Position numbers and translations under genes: made by a program
Shown here: positions 9,891-20,259 of the stretch, piece after piece
How the letters are laid out: each line of letters starts with the position of its first letter
Numbering within the stretch: the first letter of the stretch is position 1
Notes under the pieces: model-generated
Seen by the model: only the letters and a program-made list of their open reading frames with translations
Databases searched by the model: none
What the model was told of the DNA's origin: nothing
NCBI GenBank assembly: GCA_963662465.1
Contig: OY759599.1
Coordinates: 992,001 to 1,056,000, forward strand
DNA length: 64,000 nucleotides
Direction: 5' to 3'
Origin: Desulfatiglandales bacterium
Lineage (GTDB): Bacteria; Desulfobacterota; DSM-4660; Desulfatiglandales; Desulfatiglandaceae

Positions 9891-10955
9891 ATGAAAAAGC
9901 CGGTGATGATGATCGAAGGCACACTATTTGTTCTGGTTTTATTTGGATGCTGCATGCAGATGCTTGGGGGTTGTTCGGACGATTCAGGGTCCGGGGGCCA
10001 ACAAGACACAGAGCCTCTGGGTAGCACCAATACCCTTCTACCGGATACGGGCCAGGTCAAATCCTATACCGCCACCTTTGGGGAAGACTCGGACTATCTT
10101 ATCAACCCGCCCTCTTACACCAAATTAGATCAAAACGGTTGTGAACTCCCCGATACCGCATCCGAGTGGGCCATGGTGAGGGACAACGTTACCGGCTTGA
10201 TCTGGGAGGTCAAGACGGACGACGATACCATACATGACAAGGACGCCGTCTTCAGTTGGGATTATGCCCGTTTCGATTACATGAAGGGATTGAATGAGCG
10301 GGCATTCGGGGGGGGTACAGGCTGGCGTCTTCCCTACATTCGGGAGTTGTCCTGCATTGTAAACCCGGATCGATACTGGCCGACATTGAATCCGGACTAT
10401 TTCCCGAATTCCCAGAAACCGGACCCTCACTATTGGTCCTATGATCTCCTCCACTCCGATATCAATCAAGCCTATATCGTGCTTTTCGGTTACGGAGATA
10501 TCGACTGTGCCAAGCGAACCGAGTTGAAATATGTGCGTGCGGTTCGCGGAGACGCAGTATGGGAACAGGACGACTATATGGTCAACGGCGACGGGACCGT
10601 AACGGATCGGTTTACAGGACTGATGTGGCAGCAGGCCACTTCCCAAAACGAGATGGACTGGGAGGCTGCCCTTACCTATTGCGAGGAACTCTCCCTTGCC
10701 GGGTATGATGATTGGCGCTTGCCCAACCGCAACGAACTGCAGTCCCTTGTGGACAAGCAGCCGGAACCGGGGGCTTCTCTGACCATCAATCAGGCGTTTC
10801 CGGATACCCGTGGGGAGAATTATTGGACCTCCACGAGCAACGCCATTATCCCAAACGCGGCCTACTGCATTTCCTTCCACGAGGGCGTATTGTTTGGTCG
10901 GGGTCCCAAGAACCACCCGTATTGGGTCCGTGCCGTCAGGAGGGTCAGCCTTTGA
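9891..10955 (+). CDS. DUF1566 (Lcl C-terminal) domain lipoprotein, two copies of the domain
   Basis: Lipobox LGGC, LPDTGQ…GEDSDY, two VxDxxTGL(I/M)W…WRLP…EL…YW…VRAVR units. Confidence 0.9.
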   Translation: MKKPVMMIEGTLFVLVLFGCCMQMLGGCSDDSGSGGQQDTEPLGSTNTLLPDTGQVKSYTATFGEDSDYLINPPSYTKLDQNGCELPDTASEWAMVRDNVTGLIWEVKTDDDTIHDKDAVFSWDYARFDYMKGLNERAFGGGTGWRLPYIRELSCIVNPDRYWPTLNPDYFPNSQKPDPHYWSYDLLHSDINQAYIVLFGYGDIDCAKRTELKYVRAVRGDAVWEQDDYMVNGDGTVTDRFTGLMWQQATSQNEMDWEAALTYCEELSLAGYDDWRLPNRNELQSLVDKQPEPGASLTINQAFPDTRGENYWTSTSNAIIPNAAYCISFHEGVLFGRGPKNHPYWVRAVRRVSL

Positions 10956-11082
10956 CAAAGGACAAATGAAAAGCATTGGGAAAGCGGGGATATCTGGCGC
11001 CCTTGCAGATGACCGAAGTGGTAGCGCAGGCGCCGAAAAGCTGGGTTAGCTGAAATGGATCAAGACCGTGGATCTGATGCAG

Positions 11083-11222
11083 GGACCTCGCGAACGTTCG
11101 CCAGATTATAAGTTACTCAAAGCCTTTTAATTCTTTCCCAAAAATGGTGCAGCGTTCTATGCTCCTCTATGCGAATTTTGAGTGGCATATAATCTCATAA
11201 TCTGAAGTACGTCCCCATTCTC
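11083..11222. repeat. ~140-bp dispersed repeat, copy 2
   Basis: Near-identical to 1532-1672. Confidence 0.85.
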
Positions 11223-11652
11223 TTAAAAAGCGGCCTTTTTGGAGGAAACCCGATATTGGTTCGGCTGGTGACAGGCGATCAGGAATCTTTCACGCCCTAT
11301 GACGCCTACAAATCCGTCACCGGCAAACCGCCGCCGGGACGACCGGAAGAGGTACTGGATGAACCTTCCGTAGCCTATTCTCTTGTCTGCGCTCTGGATA
11401 CGCCGGATCGTCGCTGCGGCCTGATTCTGATGTCGCGTTATCACAATCCGATTATACTGCGTATGCCATTGGCCCTGGCCATTGCTCACGGACTTATTCC
11501 CGCCAATCCCGTTGATTGAAACTTCATCCAATCTTTCCTTACCTGTTGGTTCCGATAGTTGTGCCTGGCTTGCTTTTTGTGGTAGGCTTTTAAAAATGTC
11601 GAATTCAACAGGTTGTGATTGTTTATATTTTTTAGTAATCAAAGGGGGTTGC

Positions 11653-14600
11653 ATGAGGTTATTTGTGGAATTGCACAAATTCGCGAACTCTGCCCTTTTC
11701 ACCGGCGGGTTGATTGTGATGTTGATATTGCTGGGTTCCGCCTCAAGCGGGATGTGTAACACTGTTGACGGTCTCAACAACCAGCCCGACAAGACCCCCA
11801 AAGTGGGAGACCCGGTGTCCGCGGCCACCGGAGAGGAGTTGATGACCCTTCCCCTGTTTCATCTGCCGGGCCCAATGCCCATTGATCTCACGCTTTACTA
11901 CATGTCCCAGTCCAGCTCGCCGTCAGAGTTCGGCAATCAGTTTTTTCTGAATGTTCCGTATATGTGGCGTATCGGGGACGACATCAGCGTCACCTTTGTA
12001 AATGGCATGGACGAGGTGGAGTTTCACAAAAACGCTGAAAATGACTGGGAAATGATCGGTCACTCCTCCTGGCCCTATGAACTCAAGGCTGCGGGGGATC
12101 ACTTTTTTTTGAAAAATTCCGCGGACAATACGGTTTTCTATTTTGAGAAGTTCAACGATTTTCTTTGGTTGTGCCGAAAAAAAATGGATCGCGCCGGTAA
12201 CTCGCTGACCTACACCTACAGTGCGTTTGCCGGCAAGTCCTTTCCCGGGCTGGTCTCCATTGAGAGTTCCGCGGGCCGGAAGATTGACTTCACCATACAG
12301 GAAGTGAATGGCAAATGGGTGGTGACCGCCATTGAAACGGACACCACGCCTGCGCAGTCCCGGACATTTTCCTACACCGGCGGATATCTCACATCCATGG
12401 TAAACCCCGATGGCAAAGCTGCCACTTTTGCCTATGACGGCGACAACCGCCTCACCGCCATGACCACTCCCCGGGGAACGGTTCCCTACACTTCAGAGTA
12501 CGACAGCGTGGAGGTTCACGGCACGGACAGCAGCATGTTCATTCCCGTGGTGGTAAAACAGACCGACGCCATGGGAAATATCACGCAGCTCGCATACGAT
12601 TTTCCCGACAACAAGGTGATTGAGACCCGGCCCGACGGCCGGCAGAATACCTTCATCACCGCGGGATATCAGGGGGAGTACGGTCGCACCGGCGGCGCGG
12701 CGCTGCAGGTGAGCCCCTCCGGTCTCGGTACTCTGAATTTTCAACAAAACGGCGAGGGAAACATCACACAGGCCCAAACCCAGGGCGGTGCAACTCTCTC
12801 CTTTGACTATGATGCCACCTCCGGCCGTCTGTCATCCTATGCAGTGGGAAACGATCGCATTTCCATGGACCATACCCCCGTTGCCCAAACCTTTTACGGG
12901 CTGAACAGCGACACCGCAGCATTCATTTTCGCCGATGAAACCTCCCGCCTCTATTTTCCCAGCAACGGAACCGAAACCCTGACCTATGACGATAAGGGGA
13001 ACCTTCTCACCTTCCAGGACATGGGCGGCAACATTTGGAGTTATACCCGAAACAGTCGGGGTCAGGCCACTCAGATCGAAAATCCCCTGGGAGCGGTCGA
13101 AACATTCTCCTACAACACGGACCAGCTCCTTGCGACCCACTCATCTTCGGTCAGCGGGACCACTACGATGGTCTATGATGCCTACGGCCGCCTCACCACC
13201 ACCACTGATGGGATGGGAAATACCCGAACCCTGACATATGATGATATGGGCCGCCTTACCCAGGAGGTCAACGAGTTGGGGCAGGTGACCGGGATGGCCT
13301 ATGACCCGAACGGCAACCTTGACTCCACCACCGATCCCCAGGGAAACGTGACCGAGTTCACCTATGACCCCATGGACCGCTTGGTGCGGACACAGGCCGC
13401 CAACGGTGAAACGGCATCCATTACCTACGATTCCATGGGGCAGGTCGCCTCCACCACCGGCCCGTCCGGCATCTCCACCCAATACCAGTACACGGCCGGC
13501 GGCTTGGTGAGCCGTATGATAAAAGGAAATTATATCTGGGAAGGCGCTTATGACACGGACGGTCTTTTGGCCACGGATCAGGAAACCGGTGGCGTGGCTT
13601 ATACCTATGCCCATGATGCGGCGGGTCGGGTTACTCGAATCCAGGACGTGGAAGGCCGGGTCTGGCAATACACTTATGACGCGTTCGGGAAACTTCTTAC
13701 CAGCATCAACCCCGCGGGACAGACCATCCAATACGCGTATGACGGCATGGGCAGGCTGATGGAAGCTACCCTGCCCGGAAACCGGAAAGGAACTTACGAA
13801 TATAATGGGATCGGGAACCTCACCCAGATCACGGGGCCACAGGGCGGGAAATGGCAATTCCAGTACACCACGGCAGGTCAACTGACACAGCAGACCGACC
13901 CTCTGGGGGGCACTATCAGCTACACGTACGACACATTGGGTCGAATGGCCACCCGGACCGACGCCATGGGAACGATGCAGACGTTTGAGCATGACGCGCT
14001 TGACCGGGTCACCCGAATAAACTCCGGCAGCGATATTTTGACCTACGCGTTTGACCCTAATGGCCGGATGACCCAGACCCGGGGCCTTTCCCTCACGTAT
14101 GATGCCTTGAGCCGGGTCACCCGGTGCATGAGCGGAAACACTACCTATGATCTCACCTGGAACACCAAAGGCCAGCTCGTCACCCTGACCCAAACGCCGG
14201 GAAATCTCACCATTGCCTATACATACGACGCGATCACCGGCGATATTGTGTCGGTATCGGATTCAAAGGGATTGGGATCCGCATCCTTCTCGTATGATGA
14301 CGCGGGCCGGGTGACGGGCATCACCCGAAAAAACGGGGTTTCCACTACTTTTACCGTTGATGCGGCCACAAGCCGGATCACCCACGTCACCGACGGCGAT
14401 TTCACGGATGTAACCTACACCCTCGATACCCTTGGACGGATTACCGCCTTGGACGGCGCACTGCCCCTGGAACCCGGCGCTTACCTATCAGCCCGGGACG
14501 AAACACACACCTTCAACGCCATGAATCAGGTAACGGATGCCGGCTACACCTACGACGCAGCAGGGCGTCTCCTCGCCACACCAGATATGACGCTTTCCTG

Positions 14601-15819
14601 GAACGGATTTTCCCAGCTCACGGCCATCAACGACGCCGTATATACCTATGATGGGTTGAATCGAATCCTGACCGCCGCGTTAAACGGGACTACCACCGGC
14701 TACAGCTATTGCGGCACCGTGGACAGCCAGACACCCCTGCGTATTCACAATGACGCCATTGAATGGACCCAGGTAGTGGCGCCCGGATGGGGGCTGGTTT
14801 ACTCCATCCGCACCACGCCGGATGGAGAGGCGGTCGTCTATTACCACACGGACTGCCGGGGTTCGGTCATTGCCGTGACCGATGCTGCAGGGGCGGTCAT
14901 CCATCGGTTCGGATATACCCCGTATGGCCGACTGCTGGCCGACGAAGGCGTCGCTCAAAGAGCTGACGCCGGTTCGCCCCGTCCGCCCTTTTTGTACCTC
15001 GGCCACTATGGTTGCCACACCCTGCCCGGAACGGAAGCGCTATATCGGCACGGCGCAAGGGCTTATTTTGCGGCGGTGGGGCAGTTTGTTTCACCTGAAA
15101 CAGAATGGCCGGACCTTGGAAATCCGGCACGATTGAATGTGTACCATTATGCGACATCGGATCCTATTAATTATGTCGATTTTAACGGATTCGCAATGGA
15201 TATCAATAAATTGAGAGAAGCATATGCTTCGTTGGAAAAACAATTTAAATTAACACATAAACAAAACTATAAAGAACCGGAAACGGATCCGAATTTTAAA
15301 TCGTTCCCTGATTACCGTCGCATACCGGTGAGGCAGTCATCCGAATTAAACGCTGCTCTAGAAGAAAATAAAGGTGAAATATGGGTGGATTTTTATCTTG
15401 CGTATAACAGTCCATTTCGAGATGTATTGAAAGGATTGGGTAAAATCAATCGGCAGGGACGGGCGCGAATCATCCCGGAGGAAAATTTTGGTAAAGCCTT
15501 GGAAATTGCAGAAAAACTGATCATTTACATGGGCTATGACACCCGATATGCTAATGGCAATTTCCTTAAACTCGGGCAGGATATCGTCGAATGGATATGG
15601 TGGGAGCGAGAGAGATTGAAGAAAGTAAGGCGAAAAATAGCGTTAACTCGAGGGCTCCTTTTTGGAGAGGGTGAACTGAGTCCGGGCGCCGGAATGGTGG
15701 AGGAAGCTATACAGGCCCTTGGCCTCAAGTTCATAGAACCAAATAGAAAGAAAGAAATAATGTTTTGTCCGCCGTATCCTGCATTAGATAAAGCAATCAG
15801 TTTGAGTATCGCGAAGTAA
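11653..15819 (+). CDS. Sec-exported RHS/YD-repeat protein with ~210-aa C-terminal extension
   Basis: Signal peptide from ATG 11653, GDPVSAATGE (DUF6531-like), many YD repeats, core end YHYATSDPINYVDFNG, then an AT-richer tip. Confidence 0.92.
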   Translation: MRLFVELHKFANSALFTGGLIVMLILLGSASSGMCNTVDGLNNQPDKTPKVGDPVSAATGEELMTLPLFHLPGPMPIDLTLYYMSQSSSPSEFGNQFFLNVPYMWRIGDDISVTFVNGMDEVEFHKNAENDWEMIGHSSWPYELKAAGDHFFLKNSADNTVFYFEKFNDFLWLCRKKMDRAGNSLTYTYSAFAGKSFPGLVSIESSAGRKIDFTIQEVNGKWVVTAIETDTTPAQSRTFSYTGGYLTSMVNPDGKAATFAYDGDNRLTAMTTPRGTVPYTSEYDSVEVHGTDSSMFIPVVVKQTDAMGNITQLAYDFPDNKVIETRPDGRQNTFITAGYQGEYGRTGGAALQVSPSGLGTLNFQQNGEGNITQAQTQGGATLSFDYDATSGRLSSYAVGNDRISMDHTPVAQTFYGLNSDTAAFIFADETSRLYFPSNGTETLTYDDKGNLLTFQDMGGNIWSYTRNSRGQATQIENPLGAVETFSYNTDQLLATHSSSVSGTTTMVYDAYGRLTTTTDGMGNTRTLTYDDMGRLTQEVNELGQVTGMAYDPNGNLDSTTDPQGNVTEFTYDPMDRLVRTQAANGETASITYDSMGQVASTTGPSGISTQYQYTAGGLVSRMIKGNYIWEGAYDTDGLLATDQETGGVAYTYAHDAAGRVTRIQDVEGRVWQYTYDAFGKLLTSINPAGQTIQYAYDGMGRLMEATLPGNRKGTYEYNGIGNLTQITGPQGGKWQFQYTTAGQLTQQTDPLGGTISYTYDTLGRMATRTDAMGTMQTFEHDALDRVTRINSGSDILTYAFDPNGRMTQTRGLSLTYDALSRVTRCMSGNTTYDLTWNTKGQLVTLTQTPGNLTIAYTYDAITGDIVSVSDSKGLGSASFSYDDAGRVTGITRKNGVSTTFTVDAATSRITHVTDGDFTDVTYTLDTLGRITALDGALPLEPGAYLSARDETHTFNAMNQVTDAGYTYDAAGRLLATPDMTLSWNGFSQLTAINDAVYTYDGLNRILTAALNGTTTGYSYCGTVDSQTPLRIHNDAIEWTQVVAPGWGLVYSIRTTPDGEAVVYYHTDCRGSVIAVTDAAGAVIHRFGYTPYGRLLADEGVAQRADAGSPRPPFLYLGHYGCHTLPGTEALYRHGARAYFAAVGQFVSPETEWPDLGNPARLNVYHYATSDPINYVDFNGFAMDINKLREAYASLEKQFKLTHKQNYKEPETDPNFKSFPDYRRIPVRQSSELNAALEENKGEIWVDFYLAYNSPFRDVLKGLGKINRQGRARIIPEENFGKALEIAEKLIIYMGYDTRYANGNFLKLGQDIVEWIWWERERLKKVRRKIALTRGLLFGEGELSPGAGMVEEAIQALGLKFIEPNRKKEIMFCPPYPALDKAISLSIAK

Positions 15820-15844
15820 TTTTTTATTATTAAGGAATAAAATT

Positions 15845-16534
15845 ATGATCAAATATCCTCATGTCTGCTGTACAATATTGCTTTTTGCGCTTTTTTTTGC
15901 GGTTCCGGCCCAGGGTGCGAACATCACCTACACCTATGACAATGCCGGACAGCTGACCAAAGCCGATTACGGCGGTGGCAAAAATATTGCCTATGCCTAT
16001 GACGCCGGCGGGAATATGCTGCGGCGGCAAAGCATTGGAGATGCCGCGACCTACACCCTTACGGTAAACAGCGGTACGGGCGGCGGTGAGTACGAAGCGG
16101 GAACGGTTGTGGCCATCTCCGCCAACGCTCCGGCCGCGGGCAAGGTGTTTGACCAATGGACAGGCGACACAGGCCCCGTGGCCGATGTGAACAGCGCCAC
16201 GACCAACGTGACCATGCCGGCGGCGAATGTCGCTGTAACCGCTGCCTACGGGGATCAACCCATCGTATATGTGAGCGAAACAGGCTGTGGGAACCTCAAG
16301 CCCTGTTACGCCACCCTTAACGAGGCTGTGATGGACGTGGAAAGCGACACCCTGGTCAAAGTTGCGGGAGACCTTTCCACCCAGACAAACGTGGATGCAG
16401 CCAAAACCCTGTATATCGAGTTTGGCTATGACGCCAACTTCACCGGAAACGATGGCGGCGTGACCCGGATACAGGGGTCTTTCACCGCCAAGGACAAGAC
16501 CATTATTCGTTCCGGGACCATTCGGGTCAGATAG
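15845..16534 (+). CDS. Small secreted YD-repeat protein with InlB-B-like repeat and C-terminal domain
   Basis: Signal peptide (…VPAQG), ITYTYDNAGQL…IAYAYDAGGN, GKVFDQWTG repeat. Confidence 0.8.
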   Translation: MIKYPHVCCTILLFALFFAVPAQGANITYTYDNAGQLTKADYGGGKNIAYAYDAGGNMLRRQSIGDAATYTLTVNSGTGGGEYEAGTVVAISANAPAAGKVFDQWTGDTGPVADVNSATTNVTMPAANVAVTAAYGDQPIVYVSETGCGNLKPCYATLNEAVMDVESDTLVKVAGDLSTQTNVDAAKTLYIEFGYDANFTGNDGGVTRIQGSFTAKDKTIIRSGTIRVR

Positions 16535-16723
16535 ACTGGAAACAGAAATTCTATTTGCATCAGAAATTATCGCGTGCTAAATTTTTTAGAGGTTGATGAT
16601 GAATGGCATGGCACAAGATATCGGGGCATCACCAACGGTGGTCTGAATCCATGGCGCTGGTAGTAAGTTATTGATCTCGCAATATTATATCATCGCCAAT
16701 CATTGTTGGTCTCTCAATTAATC

Positions 16724-16878
16724 GGTTCATCGCGGATTAACGTGAAATCGCGCTTTGAGATTGTTTCGGTTCGGGCTGTAGGTGCGACTTCAGTCGCACA
16801 GGGTCGGCTTAATGTGCGACTGAAGTCGCACCTACAATCGGCTCAGAAGCCAAATCTCACGCGAATCCACGATGAGCC
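16724..16878. mobile_element. 155-bp MITE with internal REP doublet, copy 1
   Basis: TIRs GGTTCATCGCGGATT / AATCCACGATGAGCC; 8-bp direct repeat AATTAATC on both sides; second copy at 62601-62755. Confidence 0.92.
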
Positions 16879-17072
16879 AATTAATCACACTTTTGGCGGC
16901 TGAAAAGCGGCCTACAATATGTTGTATCTGGTCTCCTACACCCAGGGCGGATGGCTTGACAATTTAGGGTTAAGCATGTCAATGGTATGTTCGATGATGG
17001 CGAAATTCAAAAATAATGCGATTACCAAATGCTTAAGAACCAATCCAGATTTAAAAGAATTCATCAGATTCA

Positions 17073-19048
17073 TTGGAGAAGCGATTGGCGAGAATATTAA
17101 TTTTACTGAATTGTGCTATACTTCTGTTGGTCTTACTTTCGCCGGCCGTTGCCGAAAGTGAAGCTGTTCCCAGAGTCCTGATTCTTCATTCCTACCATTC
17201 TCCCTATGTTTGGACTGACCGTATTATGGACGGCATGATGAGCATTCTACGGCTGGCCGATGATAAAATCGACATTTATACGGAATATCTGGATGCGCAG
17301 AGAATCCCAAAACAAGCATCCTGGCCGGCTTTTGAGCACTGCCTGAAGGTCAAGTACGCAGGTGAAAAATTTGATGTCATTCTGGCCTCAGACGATGATA
17401 TGCTCGATTTTTTGATTCCCCGGTACGAGGCCTTGTTTCCCGACACCCCTGTTGTATTTTGCGGCATCAACAACCTGGATGAAAGCAGATTTGAAAAGCA
17501 CCGCGCATTCAAGGGGGTCAATCAGGAAATTGATGCCAAAGGAACCATTCTGCTCGCGCTGAAACTGCTGCCGGACACTGAAAAAATTCTGGTCATCTCG
17601 GATCGAACCTCCGGCGGCATCAAAACCACCCAAAAGTTCAAGAACGATATCCAGGAAATGGGCACTTTGAAGCAGAAGTTTCAACTGATGGACGATTATA
17701 CGCTGCCGGCACTTAAGAAACGCCTTCAAGCGCTTGGGCCCAACGACCTTGTTCTGGTGCTCAGAATTCAGAAAATCAAAGGAATCGACGAGCGATCCCC
17801 TGCCCGATTCGCGAAAATCGTAACGGACACGGCGCCGGTTCCGGCCTTCAAGCTCTGGGACATTGGTGAAAGTGATTTTGTGGGCGGTGTCTTGGTGTCA
17901 CCCTTTGAACAGGGCAAAACCGCGGCGGAAATCGCCTTGAGGATCCTTAAAGGGGAAGGTTTCAGAAATATTCCACGGGTGACCGGAAGCCCCAATGTTT
18001 CCATGCTCAATTATGCCGTCATGAAAAAGTTCAATATCAATCTAAAAAACATTCCCGACGGCACCACGATAACCGATCGCCCGATTTCGATTCTGGAAGA
18101 ATACTCGGGCCTGGCCCGTCTTGTTTTGTTCATTTTCGTGGTAATGGCTTTGGTTGTTCTTTCGCTCGTTATCATCCTCTTCCAAAGGAGAAAAAGCGAG
18201 AAACTGATTCTAGAGAGCAAAAGAAAGTTGTTTGAAAGTGAAAAAAATATCGCCTTATTGTTGAAAATCAAAACGAACTGGTGGTTAAATTCGACAATAA
18301 TAAGAGAATTCTGTATGTGAGCCCCACTTACTGCAAGACATTTGGGATCAATGAGGACGAAATACTTGGAAAAAGTTTTTTCCCATTAGTCCACAGAGAC
18401 GATCTTGAGGCCGTTAAGAAATCCATCGATTCTTTGACCAAACCACCTTATAGAACCTACCATGAAGAGCGTGCTAAAACTGTCAACGGTTAGCGCTGGT
18501 TCGCTTGGTCTTTGAAAGCTTTGATGGATGAAAATGGCGATATCAATGAAATTATTTCGGTTGGAAGGGACATCACCGAGCAGAAAAATCGGGAAGAAGC
18601 CCTGATCAAGAGCGAATCTTCTCTTCGGGAAGGTCAGGAAATTGCCAAGTTCGGCAACTGGGAAATGGACGTCTCATCAAAGTGGATCGCCTGGTCGGAT
18701 GAAAATTTTCGGATCTTTGGGATAGACCGACCACACGAGGGAGGCCTGTCATTCGATGATTTTATGAAATTCGTGCACCCGGATGACCGCGCTTTAATTT
18801 TTGAACTCTGGGAGAGAGACTTGCCGCCAAGGGACGTTCGAAATTAGAGTACAGGGCGATTCGTCCGAATGGTGAGATCCGCTGGATCTCTGGGCGGGGT
18901 AAAACATACTTTGACGAAAACGGAACCCCTGTAAGGATGTTTGGGGTCTTACAGGATGTCACCAAACGCAAACAAGCAGAAAACGATTTGAAGATAAGCG
19001 AAAACAGACTGAAAAATATCATTGAAAGTACCACGAATCTTTTCTATT
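17073..19048 (+). pseudogene. Hybrid sensor histidine kinase, 5' part (ABC substrate-binding-like periplasmic domain, TM, PAS domains), degraded
   Basis: VLILHSYH…EYLD sensor motif and PAS motifs. Frameshift in the A-run at ~18241, TAG at 18491, frameshift near 18840; interrupted by the transposon. Confidence 0.85.
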
Positions 19049-19298
19049 CTTCAACGCTAATCAAAACTGAACCAAGTTTGCTAATGGAAATTGAACCATT
19101 GGCTGTCACCGCCGGTGAGTACGGCCCTCAGGTATAGCGGACGATGAGGGATCCATAAGTGGCGGCAAAGGAGTCGTTGATGTAGATTTACTTTTCAATA
19201 AATTTTTATAAAATCTATTTTCTTTGGATTTGGTTTTCTTCTTCCAAGACAGAGGCTTGGTTAAGTGGAAATGCGATTTACTTTGTAGAATGGATGGT

Positions 19299-19334
19299 GA
19301 AGGCCCGAAGTAGCCGCTTCGGGCCTTCTTTTTT
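19299..19334 (+). terminator. Intrinsic terminator in the transposon leader
   Basis: Perfect 12-bp stem GAAGGCCCGAAG/CTTCGGGCCTTC, 6-nt loop, followed by T6. Confidence 0.85.
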
Positions 19335-19410
19335 GACCACCGGATAGAGCCGGAAGCCACACACACGCCAATTTTATATAAGTGTGTTTCCGGCCAATTG
19401 CAAGGCTGGA

Positions 19411-19827
19411 ATGATGGGAGATGTCCTTTTAAGAGTGGTTCAATGCCGATGTTGTGGTTGCTTTTTTCACGTCTGTCGGTCGTGTTGGCGTGGCCAGGCC
19501 TATTGTGGGGAACGATGTCGCAGGATACGCCAAAGACAGCTGCACCGGAAAGCTCAGGGGAAATACCGCAATTCGAAAAAAGGGAAAGAGCGCCGTCGTT
19601 TGTACGAAAAAACAAAAAAATCCAAAAAAAATGGACTGAACCCTGGTGATGATAGTTCAACACCTCAAAAAGACTGTGATATTGAACCCAAAAAGCGGTC
19701 GGGGAACCGACCCAGCTGTCTTTTTTGCGGGTCGATCGGGGTTGTTGTGGACCATTTTCCTCGCCGTGCTTATGCAGGGAGGGTTTTTTCAGATGTAACA
19801 GGCTTTGAGAAAACCCCATATCCATGA
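19411..19827 (+). CDS. Cys-rich basic (Zn-finger-like) transposon accessory protein
   Basis: CRCC…CRSCWRGQAYCGERC, a basic helix, and a second CLFC pair. Confidence 0.7.
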   Translation: MMGDVLLRVVQCRCCGCFFHVCRSCWRGQAYCGERCRRIRQRQLHRKAQGKYRNSKKGKERRRLYEKTKKSKKNGLNPGDDSSTPQKDCDIEPKKRSGNRPSCLFCGSIGVVVDHFPRRAYAGRVFSDVTGFEKTPYP

Positions 19828-19839
19828 CAGGAGAAAAAA

Positions 19840-20259
19840 ATGATCAAAAAAAGAGTCCTTTTTCCCGAAAGAGTGCGTGTCATCAATGGAAGCTTCGGCT
19901 TTCTGGAGCATCGTTTTTTGAGAAACGGCTTTTGGGAGAGCCTGAATCATCATGAGCTGCTGCTCTACATTTTTCTGGTGTTGGTATCTGACAAAAACGG
20001 GCTCTCTTATTATGGTTACGACAGAATCTGCCGGATTTTAAAGGTGCATTTGGATCAATATATCGATGCCCGCGATGGCTTGTTGGACAAGGATCTGATT
20101 GGGTTTGATGGCCGTCTGTTTCAGGTTCTTTCGCTTCCCAGACGTCCTGTGATTGTGAAACAGGTAAAGGAGATCCGGCAAGGAAATTGGGTCAGTCTTG
20201 GAGAAACCATAGAGGAAATCTTTCGGGAGACTGGGTATGGAATCCATCCGAACCGTTGA
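19840..20259 (+). CDS. Winged-HTH-like transposon accessory protein
   Basis: RBS AGGAG; ELLLYIFLVLVSDKNGLSYY…ICRIL resembles the N-terminal HTH of phage/plasmid replication proteins; overlaps the next gene. Confidence 0.7.
   Translation: MIKKRVLFPERVRVINGSFGFLEHRFLRNGFWESLNHHELLLYIFLVLVSDKNGLSYYGYDRICRILKVHLDQYIDARDGLLDKDLIGFDGRLFQVLSLPRRPVIVKQVKEIRQGNWVSLGETIEEIFRETGYGIHPNR

Noticed and set aside
9891..11222. DUF1566 gene as a diversity-generating retroelement target
   Set aside because: No reverse transcriptase and no template repeat differing at adenines was found in the window. A remote DGR cannot be excluded.
13141..14193. 350-aa minus-strand ORF
   Set aside because: Antisense to the YD repeats of the Rhs gene.
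2691..16534. Co-oriented secreted genes as an integron cassette array
   Set aside because: No integrase and no recurring attC-like RYYYAAC…GTTRRRY structures between the genes.
16703..16903. Near-identical small ORFs here and at 62619-62822
   Set aside because: They are translations of the MITE, not independent genes.
19100..19410. Guide RNA matching the insertion site
   Set aside because: Only a weak AT-rich resemblance (AATCTATTTTCT versus AATCTTTTCTAT), expected by chance.
19106..19825. 239-aa minus-strand ORF in the transposon
   Set aside because: Shadow of the Cys-rich gene and leader; no recognisable motif.
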